Part shown: piece after piece, positions 8,993 through 17,676 of the stretch
How the letters are laid out: every line of letters begins with the position of its first letter
Numbering within the stretch: position 1 is the first letter of the stretch
Assembly: GCA_963822445.1 (NCBI GenBank)
Contig: CAWGHO010000001.1
Span: forward strand, 768,001-832,000
From: an uncultured Acidobacteriota bacterium
GTDB lineage: Bacteria; Acidobacteriota; Thermoanaerobaculia; Gp7-AA8
DNA: 64,000 nucleotides
Reading direction: 5' to 3'
The notes under the pieces: generated by a model
Databases searched by the model: none
What the model saw: only the letters and a program-made list of their open reading frames with translations
Told to the model about the DNA's origin: nothing
Program-made: the position numbers and the translations under genes

Positions 8993-9756
8993 CCGGAAAT
9001 TTGCGAAACCACCGGCACCTGCTCCGCCATCTTCTTCTCGAATTCGGCCTTGGTCAGCACGTGGTACTGACCCTTCATCCGGTAGTGGCCGAGGCCGCAG
9101 AGCTGAGCGCAGGCGATTTCCCACGTCTCGTTGCCGCTGGTCTTGACGGGCGTGAAGTGTACCGGAACTTCCATGCCCGGCGTCGCGTCCTGTTTCACGC
9201 GCATGTACGGCAGGCTGAAGCTGTGGATGACGTCCTTCGAGCCGATCCGGACGATGACCGGACGGTTGAGCTCGAGATAGAGCTGGTTGAGGGTGGCGAT
9301 GTCGTCCTTCCCGTTCGGATCGGCCGGGTCGATGCCCAGCGGATTCGACGAGGTCACGTGATTGACGTCGGCTTTGCCGAACACGCCGTCCGCGCCGGGA
9401 TAGTGGAAGTTCCACGCGAACTGCTCGCCGACCGCGCGCACGATGAGCGGGTTCTGATCGGGAGTGGGCGGCTTGGTCCAGCGATACCAGAGCGGGATGG
9501 AGAATCCGACCAGCAGGATGACTTCCACCACCGCGATCCCGGCCTCGGCATACGTCGAGATGTGCGAATGGGTGCCGTGGTAGACGGCCTTCGGATTCTT
9601 CGACGCGCGGAAGCGCATCAGCATGTACATGAACAGCAGGCCCCAGCCGACGAAGAGGATCAGCATCAGCCAGTGAACGTTGGCTGACAGTTGATCGAGC
9701 GCACCACCGTGCGCGGAGTAGTTCGGCGGCATCCATTGGCCGAGGAATTCCCTCAT
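8989..9756 (-). CDS. coxB: cytochrome c oxidase subunit II (no fused cytochrome c)
   Basis: Two TM helices, EQFAWNFHYPG, SKDVIHSF, KQDATPG, CuA motif CAQLCGLGHYRM. Confidence 0.94.
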   Translation of the reverse strand: MREFLGQWMPPNYSAHGGALDQLSANVHWLMLILFVGWGLLFMYMLMRFRASKNPKAVYHGTHSHISTYAEAGIAVVEVILLVGFSIPLWYRWTKPPTPDQNPLIVRAVGEQFAWNFHYPGADGVFGKADVNHVTSSNPLGIDPADPNGKDDIATLNQLYLELNRPVIVRIGSKDVIHSFSLPYMRVKQDATPGMEVPVHFTPVKTSGNETWEIACAQLCGLGHYRMKGQYHVLTKAEFEKKMAEQVPVVSQISG

Positions 9757-10007
9757 GAAAGCGGTCCCCCTTCGATTACGTGAAGCGACTCGCGGAAGCG
9801 CTTCTGCTCGCGCGCGCGGCGCCAGAAGCTCCAGAACAATGCGACGAATCCGATCTGAACGAGGCCGACCAGACCGAGCAGGACATAGATGCCCTTGTTG
9901 ACGCCTTTGACCATCGGGTCATCGGGCGCGCCCCAGCAGACCGAGCACGCCGACGCGCTTTGGGCGACGAAGAGAATGAGAAGAAGTGCGAGGGCGGCCT
10001 TCTTCAT
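9753..10007 (-). CDS. small exported/membrane protein with CxxC after the signal peptide
   Basis: MKKAALALLLILFVAQSASA-CSVCWG followed by one TM helix; ATGA overlaps with both neighbours. Confidence 0.7.
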   Translation of the reverse strand: MKKAALALLLILFVAQSASACSVCWGAPDDPMVKGVNKGIYVLLGLVGLVQIGFVALFWSFWRRAREQKRFRESLHVIEGGPLS

Positions 10008-10204
10008 GGCAGCTCCTTGAACTTCGTGAGCGCCTTCTTCCCGTAAATCATCAGCGCCACGGCCGTGACCAGGAACAGCGCAGCCAGGCCGAGGGCGCCG
10101 ATGCTGCGCTCGGCGGAAAACTCGCGGATCCCCCACAACGCCACATACAGCGACAACACGATGGTCGCGATGACGAAGATGATGTGGAAGGCGCGGAGTG
10201 ACAT
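10004..10204 (-). CDS. small two-TM membrane protein in the cox operon
   Basis: MSLRAFHIIFVIATIVLSLYVALWG plus a second hydrophobic helix; stop overlaps the next start. Confidence 0.7.
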   Translation of the reverse strand: MSLRAFHIIFVIATIVLSLYVALWGIREFSAERSIGALGLAALFLVTAVALMIYGKKALTKFKELP

Positions 10205-10211
10205 TGGGTTC

Positions 10212-10721
10212 CTAGTGTTGGGCTGGTGCCGTTTCGTGGGTGCCGGTGGTTTGCGTCGTCGCCGGCTGGCTGGCGTTGGTGTCGTAACCGGGCCAGACAT
10301 CGGCGGCGTTGTTCCGGTGATGCCAGGGTCCCCAGAGCAGCACGCCGAAGAAGAGCACGGTGATGACCAGCACGGAGTAGATCAACTTCCGCTCGGAGAT
10401 CAGATGCATGAAGACGGCCGCGACGAGCGAGCCTTTGACCGTGGCGACGGTCAGGCCGAGGGCGATGGCGGCCCAGGTCGGCAGATGCAGATAGCTGATG
10501 CCCACCGTCACGAGGGTCAGCGTGCAGAGGGCGAAGAAGACCGCCCAGTACTTGCGCATCTCTTTGGCCACATGCTCGGGATCGTTGTGATGCGCCGGAT
10601 CGTGGTCTCCGTGGTGCGTCGGATGGACGGTCTCGCCAAGGGGCTCCTCGACGGGGCCGCCGCCGGCATGATGATCGGGCGCCCAATGCGCGGCGTCGTG
10701 TGGTGCGTTCGTGTCCGACAT
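10212..10721 (-). CDS. cytochrome c oxidase subunit IV family protein (CtaF/CyoD-like) with His-rich N-terminus
   Basis: YWAVFFALCTLTLVTV, VKGSLVAAVFMHLISE signature, three TM helices; start MSDTNAPH at 10721. Confidence 0.85.
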   Translation of the reverse strand: MSDTNAPHDAAHWAPDHHAGGGPVEEPLGETVHPTHHGDHDPAHHNDPEHVAKEMRKYWAVFFALCTLTLVTVGISYLHLPTWAAIALGLTVATVKGSLVAAVFMHLISERKLIYSVLVITVLFFGVLLWGPWHHRNNAADVWPGYDTNASQPATTQTTGTHETAPAQH

Positions 10722-10735
10722 GTCGATTCGCGCTC

Positions 10736-11410
10736 CTACAGCAGATAGAGAATCGGGAAGAGGAAGATCCAGACCAGATCGACGAAGTGCCAGTAGAGCC
10801 CGGTCACTTCGACGCGGTTCGTGTACTGATCGCGGTGCTCGCCGTACCACTTGTTCGCGGTCAGGATCAGGTAGGCGAAGACGACCATGCCGCCGATCAC
10901 GTGCAGACCGTGCAGGCCGGTCATCACGTAGTAGGTGGCGAAGAAGTTGTTCGTGCTGGGGAACTGGTGATGCGAGAACTTTGTGCCGTACTCGATGGCC
11001 TTGATGATTAGAAAGCCGAAGCCGCACAGCAGGGTCAGGACGAGGAAGAGCTTCCCCTTCTTCAGATTGCCGAGCCGGAGGTTGGCCCAGGCCATGACCA
11101 CCGTGACCGACGAGAAGATGAGGATGAAGGTGTTCAGCGTGGCCAGCGGCACGTTGAGGATGTCCGCGCCCCGCGGCCAGGTCGTCGCGCTGGTGCGAAG
11201 CAGTACCAACGTCGAGAACAGAGCTCCGAACAGCATCACCTCGGACGCGAGGAACAGCCAGATGCCCAGCTTGCCGTTGTACAGGCCCGTGTCCGGGCGC
11301 GCGTGGATCGTGTACGGGATCTCGATCTCGTGATGGGCGTCGCCGTGATCAGCATGTCCGCCGACCGGGTGGAGTCCGTGTGCGTCGTGTGTGGTCGTGG
11401 TCATGATCAC
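10736..11410 (-). CDS. coxC: cytochrome c oxidase subunit III
   Basis: GIWLFLASEVMLFGALF, NTFILIFSS, TGLHGLHVIGG, GLYWHFVDLVWIFLF. Confidence 0.93.
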   Translation of the reverse strand: MIMTTTTHDAHGLHPVGGHADHGDAHHEIEIPYTIHARPDTGLYNGKLGIWLFLASEVMLFGALFSTLVLLRTSATTWPRGADILNVPLATLNTFILIFSSVTVVMAWANLRLGNLKKGKLFLVLTLLCGFGFLIIKAIEYGTKFSHHQFPSTNNFFATYYVMTGLHGLHVIGGMVVFAYLILTANKWYGEHRDQYTNRVEVTGLYWHFVDLVWIFLFPILYLL

Positions 11411-13308
11411 GATTCCTTCTGCGCTACGGCCGCACCGGCTAGCGCACCCGCGCCGATGACCGGCGGCGGAGCTGCGTCATCGGGGACGTTCTGCGGCAGG
11501 AAGTCCGCCGCCTCGTATCCCGGAACGCTGTACTCGTACGGTCCGCGATAAACGACCGGCGTCACGGCGAAGTTGCCGTGAGCGAGCGGCGGGGCGGTGG
11601 CCGCACCCCACTCCAGGGTCGTGGCCTGCCAATGATTCGAACCGACGCGCTTCCCTCTGAAGATGCTCCAGAAGAAATTGATGATGAACGGGAACTGCGC
11701 GACGAGCAGCAGGAACGCCGAGGTAGTGATGAAGACGTTCGTGTGCAGGACGGGCTTGGCGTGCGCGTACTGCGCGCCGCCGTCGTACAGGCGCCGCGAG
11801 ACGCCGGCCAGACCCTGAATGAACATCGGGAAGAACACACCGTTGATGAAGATCAGCGAGCCCCAGAAATGAATTCGTCCGAGCTTCTCGTTCATGGCCC
11901 GCCCGGTGACCTTGGGGAACCAGTAGTAGATACCGGCGAACATCGCGAAGATCGTCCCCGGTGCCACGACGTAGTGGAAGTGGCCGATGACGTAGTAGGT
12001 GTCGTGCAGGTGGATGTCGACCGCGGCGAGTCCGAGCGGCAAGCCGGTGAGACCGCCGATGCCGAACATCGGCAGGAACGCCAGCGCGAACAGCATCGGC
12101 ACGGTGAACCGTATCGAGGCGCCCCACAGGGAGATGATCAAGGCCGTCAGGATGATGACCGACGGGATGGAGATGATCATCGTGGTGGTCTGGAAGAAGG
12201 CGCTGATGACCGTGCCCATGCCGGTCATGAACATGTGGTGGGCCCAGACGACGAAGGACATGAATCCGAGGAAGACCCCGGCGCCGACGAGGGACTTGTA
12301 GCCCCACAGCGGCTTGCGGGTGTTGTTGGCGATGACCTCGGAAATGATCCCCATCCCGGGCAGGATCAGAACGTAAACCTCGGGATGCGCGAGGAACCAG
12401 AACAGGTGCTGCCACAGCAGCGGGTTACCGCCGCCGGCATTTTTCAGCGGAGTGCCGCTGATCACGAGACCGCTGGGCATGAAGAAGCTGGTGCCGGCGA
12501 CGCGATCCATGAGCTGCAGGATGGCGGCTGCTTCGAGCGGCGGGAACGCCAGCAGAAGCAGGAACGAGGTGACCAGCTGCGCCCAGACGAAGAACGGCAG
12601 GCGCATGAAGGTCAGGCCCTTCGCGCGCAACTGGAAGATCGTGACGATGAAGTTGATCGATCCGAGCAGCGACGACGTGATGAGCAGGACCATGCCCAGG
12701 ATCCAGATGGTCTGCCCGTGTGTAGCGATGACCGAGAGCGGCGGGTAGGAGGTCCACCCCGAGTTGGCCGCGCCTCCGGGGATGAAAAAGCTGGTCAGCA
12801 TCAGCAGGCCGCCCGGCAGGTACATCCAGTAGCTCAGCATGTTGAGCTTCGGGAAGGCCATGTCGGGCGCGCCGATCTGCAGAGGCACGACGTAGTTGCC
12901 GAAGGCACCGACGGCCAGCGGAACGATGGCCAGGAAGACCATGACCGTTCCGTGCATGGCCCCGAGCTGGTTGTAGAACTCGGGGAGCATCACTCCGCCC
13001 GGCGCGTTCGCGGCGCCGAGGAACTTGGCGATGAACGGATGGAAGGGCTTGCCCGGCCACGCAAGCTGGAAGCGCATCAGCAGCATCATCGAGAAGCCGA
13101 GCATCAGGAAGCAGAGCGCGGTGACTCCGTACTGAATGCCGATCCACTTGTGGTCGACCGAGAAGACGTACTTGCTGATGAAGGATTGATGCGGACCGTG
13201 AGCCGCCTCTTCTTCACGCGAGACACGGATCGCTTCCTCAAGCGCCCGCTGCGCGTCTTTCGCGCGCATCCATTGGGTTCCTACCCGGACTTGTCGTTGT
13301 GGTGGCAT
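11407..13308 (-). CDS. coxA: cytochrome c oxidase subunit I (A1-type)
   Basis: DHKWIG, MHGTVMVF, DMAFPKLN, QHLFWFLAHPEVY, VWAHHMF, HDTYYVIGHFHY, RR. Confidence 0.96.
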   Translation of the reverse strand: MPPQRQVRVGTQWMRAKDAQRALEEAIRVSREEEAAHGPHQSFISKYVFSVDHKWIGIQYGVTALCFLMLGFSMMLLMRFQLAWPGKPFHPFIAKFLGAANAPGGVMLPEFYNQLGAMHGTVMVFLAIVPLAVGAFGNYVVPLQIGAPDMAFPKLNMLSYWMYLPGGLLMLTSFFIPGGAANSGWTSYPPLSVIATHGQTIWILGMVLLITSSLLGSINFIVTIFQLRAKGLTFMRLPFFVWAQLVTSFLLLLAFPPLEAAAILQLMDRVAGTSFFMPSGLVISGTPLKNAGGGNPLLWQHLFWFLAHPEVYVLILPGMGIISEVIANNTRKPLWGYKSLVGAGVFLGFMSFVVWAHHMFMTGMGTVISAFFQTTTMIISIPSVIILTALIISLWGASIRFTVPMLFALAFLPMFGIGGLTGLPLGLAAVDIHLHDTYYVIGHFHYVVAPGTIFAMFAGIYYWFPKVTGRAMNEKLGRIHFWGSLIFINGVFFPMFIQGLAGVSRRLYDGGAQYAHAKPVLHTNVFITTSAFLLLVAQFPFIINFFWSIFRGKRVGSNHWQATTLEWGAATAPPLAHGNFAVTPVVYRGPYEYSVPGYEAADFLPQNVPDDAAPPPVIGAGALAGAAVAQKES

Positions 13309-13320
13309 GTGCCCCCTCTG

Positions 13321-13400
13321 AAAGGCTCAAAGGCTTCAGGGCCCAAAGGCTCAAAGGAGTAGTCCCGCTTTGAGCCTTTGCGCCTTTGAGCCATTGCGCC
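13321..13400. repeat. inverted array of 8-nt tandem repeats (AAAGGCTC)n/(CTTTGAGC)n
   Basis: aaaggctc aaaggctt cagggccc aaaggctc aaagg [10-nt spacer] ctttgagc ctttgcgc ctttgagc cattgcgc. Confidence 0.85.
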
Positions 13401-13407
13401 TCGTTTC

Positions 13408-14244
13408 TTATCCCTTGAACGTGAACGTAACCGCCTTCTGCTCTTTCGCTCCGACGGTGACCTGCTGCTCCTGCTCGCCGTACTTCTCGTGCCACGCGAC
13501 GAGGGTGTAGTTGCCCGGCGGCAGGTTGCCGATGTTGAACGTGCCGTTCATCTGCGAGACGCCGTGATACGGGTGCGGCAGGACGGCCATGTACGACTTC
13601 ATCCAGCCATGCACGTCGCACTTGATCCGGAACGGCTTGACCTCGGCCTTGTCGAACTTCTTCGTCGAGACCATGCCCTGAACCGGCTGGCCTTCGTTGA
13701 AACCGTTGTTGACCGCGGGCATGGCGTGGACGTTGTGCAGCGTGGCGTCGCTGTTCTTGATCTGGATCGGCTGGCCGACCTGGGCGACGGTGACGTGCGG
13801 GACGTACTTGCAGCCCTTCTGATCGAGGACCGTCGGGCCCGGCGTCGGATAGCTTCCGGCTGGCGCGTTCTTGACGTAGACGATGACGTTCGCGAGCTCC
13901 CCTGCCGGGCCGACGACTACTTCCTCGTCGAGCGGCGGGGTCGGGTGCTGCGACGCGCAGGCTGCATCGGCGCCCATCTGCAGGGGCGGCATCTTCGGCG
14001 CGGCCGCGGCTTCGAACTTCACCGTTCCGGCGATGGTCGCGGCATCGGCAACGACAGGCGCGGTGCCGCCTGCGGGAGTAGCGGCGGTACCAGCGGCGGC
14101 GGTGCCGGCGGTATCGGACGTCTGCAGCGCGCCGTCGTCTTCGCCGAGGTCTTCTTCTTCAACCACTTCCTTGCCGCCGCCGCAGGCGACAGCGAGTACG
14201 AGCATCAGCATGAACAGCAGATTGAGATACTTCCTGAGGGACAT
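13408..14244 (-). CDS. lipoprotein with cupredoxin-like domain and carboxypeptidase-regulatory-like C-terminal domain
   Basis: Lipobox LAVAC, acidic/Ala-rich linker, LDQKGCKYVPH, NSDATLHNVH, CDVHGWM, GTFNIGNLPPGNYTLVAWHE. Confidence 0.8.
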   Translation of the reverse strand: MSLRKYLNLLFMLMLVLAVACGGGKEVVEEEDLGEDDGALQTSDTAGTAAAGTAATPAGGTAPVVADAATIAGTVKFEAAAAPKMPPLQMGADAACASQHPTPPLDEEVVVGPAGELANVIVYVKNAPAGSYPTPGPTVLDQKGCKYVPHVTVAQVGQPIQIKNSDATLHNVHAMPAVNNGFNEGQPVQGMVSTKKFDKAEVKPFRIKCDVHGWMKSYMAVLPHPYHGVSQMNGTFNIGNLPPGNYTLVAWHEKYGEQEQQVTVGAKEQKAVTFTFKG

Positions 14245-14256
14245 CGTTTCTCCTTG

Positions 14257-17200
14257 TTATCGACGTGACCCCGCGCCGCCGGCGGTGCGTGGCGCGGTCT
14301 CGAGACTCCCCGTCTGAACTCCAGGCGTGACGGGCGGAGTGCTCGGTGCTTGTTGTGTGGGAACGCGTTGCAGTGTGCGGCCCGGTTCTGCCGGCGCGCG
14401 CATGTTCTCGACTCCGATGCTCCAGATGTAGTCGCGCATGAAGTTCGTCAGCGCGACGGCGTCGCCCATGGTCTTGCGCAGCGCTTCGTCGCTGGCGAAG
14501 TACGGGCGAAGCACCGACCTGTGTCCCGCGAACTGCGGCGTGTCGATGGCCATGGCCAGCGGCGACTGGAACCCGCCCGTTTCAGCATCGCGCGGGAAGT
14601 TCGTCGGCATGCGCGTGCCGGGGATGTGCTCGTCCGGACGGCGGATCCAGTCCGCGATCCAGTCATGGCGCAGACGCAGTTTCGAAAGCGTCAGGTTCGG
14701 CGCGAGCGACTGCGTGTCGGCGACGTTGGGAATCGGCGGATTGGCCGGATCGACCGGCGTCACCGCGTGGCACTGCTGGCAGCGAAGCATCTGGAAGACT
14801 TCGCGGCCGATGGCGATGTTCGCCGGCGGCGGCTCGTGGTGCCGGGTCGTGTCGAACTGCGTCTCGTTTCCTTCCGCGGCGAAGCCAGCCACGATCCTCG
14901 CGGCCTGCTGGTCGTTGAACTGGAAGGTCGGCATGCGCACGCTCATCCACGGGCGGATCTTCATCACCGTCGGATCTTTGAGGAACGCGAACATCCAGTC
15001 GGACTGGGCCCGCTCGCCCTGCGGCGTGAGATCGGGCGGCAGGAAATTCGGATCTTCGATGAGGGCGCCGATCGCCCGTCCGCGCTGATTGACGACGTGG
15101 CATCCGCGGCAGTTGCTCTGCGAGATGAGCTTGCGCCCTTCCTCGACCTGGCGCATGCGCGCATCGCTCGCGGCGATGCGATTCGCGGCGACCTTTTCCT
15201 TGGTCAGGCCGAGGACGACCGAGGTGATGAGCCGCGCTTCTTCCTCGGAGAGGTAGAAGTTCGGCATCTTCAGCTTGTCGTTGTAGGGCTTGGTCCGCTT
15301 GTCGTCCCACACGCGCGGGCTGCGGACCTTGTTGTAGATCCACGAAGGAACGGTGTGGAGGATGTGCTCGGTCTTCCCATCCTCGTGCTTGTAATCGTGC
15401 GCGAATCCGAAATCGAAGAGATGCAGGTTCTTCGAGCCTTCGGTGGTGAGCTCGGTGCCGATCGGCTTGAGCCCTTCGAAGCCGGAGATGTCGTGGCAGG
15501 AGTAGCAGCCGTATTTCTCGATGCTGCGCTGGCCGAGGAAGACGAGCTGTTCGCGCAGAGGCATCGACCGGAGCCGCGCCTCGGCATCGAAGTCGGTCAT
15601 GGTGTTGACCATGTAGCCCTTGGTCAGCTCGCGCACGGCCACCGGGTCCGGCGGGCGGATCGGCTCGGCCATGAACTTCGGCTTCTGCAGCGACATCAGA
15701 TACGCGGTGATGTCCGACGCTTCCTGATCAGAGAGGCGCAGGCTGGGCATCGGCGCGTTCGGGTCGTACGCCTTCGGATCCTTCACCCAGTTGAAGACCC
15801 AGTTCGGATTGGTCTTCGTGCCGACGCCGGTGAGGTTGAAGCCGAAATGCCGCTCCAGCGGGAAGTCATCGCGGCGGGCGACGCGAACCACGCCCTTGTC
15901 ATCGGTGACCGTGTCCTGGGCGATGTGACAGCCCATGCAGCCGATGGACTCGACGAGCTGCTTGCCGCGGCCCGCATCACCGCCAGCCGGCGCGTTCCAG
16001 GCGCGGCGCGTGGACTTGGTGAAGAGGTAGGTGACGATCGAGTGGATCTCGGCGTCCTGATACTTGATGTTCTGCACGCGCTCGTGAGCCGGCACGTCGG
16101 GACCGACCATGTTGCGCTGGTAGAAAAACGAGGGCATGCGCGTCGTCGAGCGGAAACGCTGCGGCGACGCGATCCAGCGGTAGGCCCACTCAGGAGTCGT
16201 CTTCTCGGCGATGCCGTCGAGCGTGGGGCCGGGCTTCTGCAGATCGGTGAAGCGCCAGTTGTTGATCTTGTGGCAGGCGTGGCAGCCGTAGAGCTCCACC
16301 ATCTGCGTGGCCTTGTTGATGTGATCGCCCTTGCCGACATCGATCTGGCCGGAATGGCACTTCACGCATCCAGCCTCGGTGTGCTGCCGCGGATACATCG
16401 GCGTGTCGAGGAACGGATTGACCTGATAGCCCCAGTTCCGCTTCTCGTAATCGAGCTTGGTCGGGAAGAAGGGCATCATCGTCTTCTTCCAGCGAAGCTC
16501 CATCCGCTTGGACATCGGCGTGTGGCCGGCGCGGCCGAATTCGGTGGCTCGATCCTGTCCGCGATGGCAAACCGTACAGCCGTATTCGAGCAGCGGATGG
16601 GGCGACGACGAGCCGACGAAGGTCTCGAGCTTCGGATGCGTGCGGAACGGGTTCAGCAGATCGTTCTTCGCGGCAACGGTACTTCGCAGCAGCGCGAGGC
16701 GCTCTTCGGTCTCCGCACGGCGTGACGGCTGAATGAGGTTCTTGTCGAGTTGCGTGGAAAGCTCCGAGATCAGCCGCTCCGCTTCCTTCTTCGATTCGAA
16801 GCCGGGGCGGTCGATGGCCCGGTGGCAGGTCATGCAACGGTCGACGCGCGGCACCGACATGTAGTTCATGTCGATGAAAAGATCGCCGAGAACGACCTGG
16901 TCGACTTTCAGGGTTGGGTTGATGAAGTCGAGCATCGGGGAGTTGAGGAGCAGGTTCGGCCCGCTCATCTCCACGCGGGTGCGTGCTTTCCTGAGCAGCT
17001 CGATGTCGGCGCTGATCTCTTTCTTGCGCTCTTCGATCTGGGTGATGCGGGTCAGGAAGCGGTTGATGCGGGCGCGGGACGCGTCGCGGTCACGCGTGAC
17101 CTGCTGCAGTCGCAGGTTCAGGCGGTTGACCCTGGCGGACATCTCCTCGTACTCGCGGCGCTTTTCCTTCTCGTCGTGGCGATGCTGCACGATCGAGGCT

Positions 17201-17592
17201 TCGACCTCGTAGCGCTTGGCGTCGAGAAGGGCCTTCGCGAACCGGTAATCCTGGTCGGCGGCGTAGTGCCTCCCCTCCCACATCTCGAGGTCTTTCTGCG
17301 CGCGGACGTATTGGTCGCGGTTTCTCGCGACCTCGACCTGCCCCTCGCGCATCTCCTTGTCGAGCGCGGCGAGTCGTTTCTGGGTCTCGGCGTCGTTGAG
17401 GACGGTGAGCTGCTGATCGATCCGCTCCTGCTGGATGCGGTTGAACTCGAGCTGGAACCACTTCCAGCCGCGGACGTAGTCGTATCCGACCATCAAACCG
17501 GTTACCGCCAGCAGACCAATGCTGGTCAACGCAAAGATGAGGTTGAGCTTCCCCATCGAGTAGTTGTGCGGAATCGGTTCTTGCGGCTTCAT
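14257..17592 (-). CDS. membrane-anchored multiheme cytochrome c (8 CxxCH), c subunit of a Rieske/cytochrome b complex
   Basis: N-terminal TM, long charged helical region, then CMTCH, CTVCH, CVKCH, CHACH, CMGCH, CYSCH, CRGCH, CQQCH, with repeated GP.L..IG / W..P..MP class I cytochrome c segments. Confidence 0.92.
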   Translation of the reverse strand: MKPQEPIPHNYSMGKLNLIFALTSIGLLAVTGLMVGYDYVRGWKWFQLEFNRIQQERIDQQLTVLNDAETQKRLAALDKEMREGQVEVARNRDQYVRAQKDLEMWEGRHYAADQDYRFAKALLDAKRYEVEASIVQHRHDEKEKRREYEEMSARVNRLNLRLQQVTRDRDASRARINRFLTRITQIEERKKEISADIELLRKARTRVEMSGPNLLLNSPMLDFINPTLKVDQVVLGDLFIDMNYMSVPRVDRCMTCHRAIDRPGFESKKEAERLISELSTQLDKNLIQPSRRAETEERLALLRSTVAAKNDLLNPFRTHPKLETFVGSSSPHPLLEYGCTVCHRGQDRATEFGRAGHTPMSKRMELRWKKTMMPFFPTKLDYEKRNWGYQVNPFLDTPMYPRQHTEAGCVKCHSGQIDVGKGDHINKATQMVELYGCHACHKINNWRFTDLQKPGPTLDGIAEKTTPEWAYRWIASPQRFRSTTRMPSFFYQRNMVGPDVPAHERVQNIKYQDAEIHSIVTYLFTKSTRRAWNAPAGGDAGRGKQLVESIGCMGCHIAQDTVTDDKGVVRVARRDDFPLERHFGFNLTGVGTKTNPNWVFNWVKDPKAYDPNAPMPSLRLSDQEASDITAYLMSLQKPKFMAEPIRPPDPVAVRELTKGYMVNTMTDFDAEARLRSMPLREQLVFLGQRSIEKYGCYSCHDISGFEGLKPIGTELTTEGSKNLHLFDFGFAHDYKHEDGKTEHILHTVPSWIYNKVRSPRVWDDKRTKPYNDKLKMPNFYLSEEEARLITSVVLGLTKEKVAANRIAASDARMRQVEEGRKLISQSNCRGCHVVNQRGRAIGALIEDPNFLPPDLTPQGERAQSDWMFAFLKDPTVMKIRPWMSVRMPTFQFNDQQAARIVAGFAAEGNETQFDTTRHHEPPPANIAIGREVFQMLRCQQCHAVTPVDPANPPIPNVADTQSLAPNLTLSKLRLRHDWIADWIRRPDEHIPGTRMPTNFPRDAETGGFQSPLAMAIDTPQFAGHRSVLRPYFASDEALRKTMGDAVALTNFMRDYIWSIGVENMRAPAEPGRTLQRVPTQQAPSTPPVTPGVQTGSLETAPRTAGGAGSRR

Positions 17593-17603
17593 TTTCGAGT
17601 TGT

Positions 17604-17676
17604 CAGTGGGCAGTGGTCAGTGGTCAGGAGTCATGGCAGCGGTCAACTGACCATTGACCACTGCCCACTGATCACT
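17604..17676. repeat. inverted array of 7-nt tandem repeats (CAGTGGT)n/(CTGACCA)n
   Basis: cagtggg cagtggt cagtggt cag ... ctgacca ttgacca ctgccca ctgatca. Confidence 0.85.

Noticed and set aside
8009-9736. 575-aa CtaA with a long N-terminal extension
   Set aside because: The extension is an off-frame reading of coxB; the real start is at 8992.
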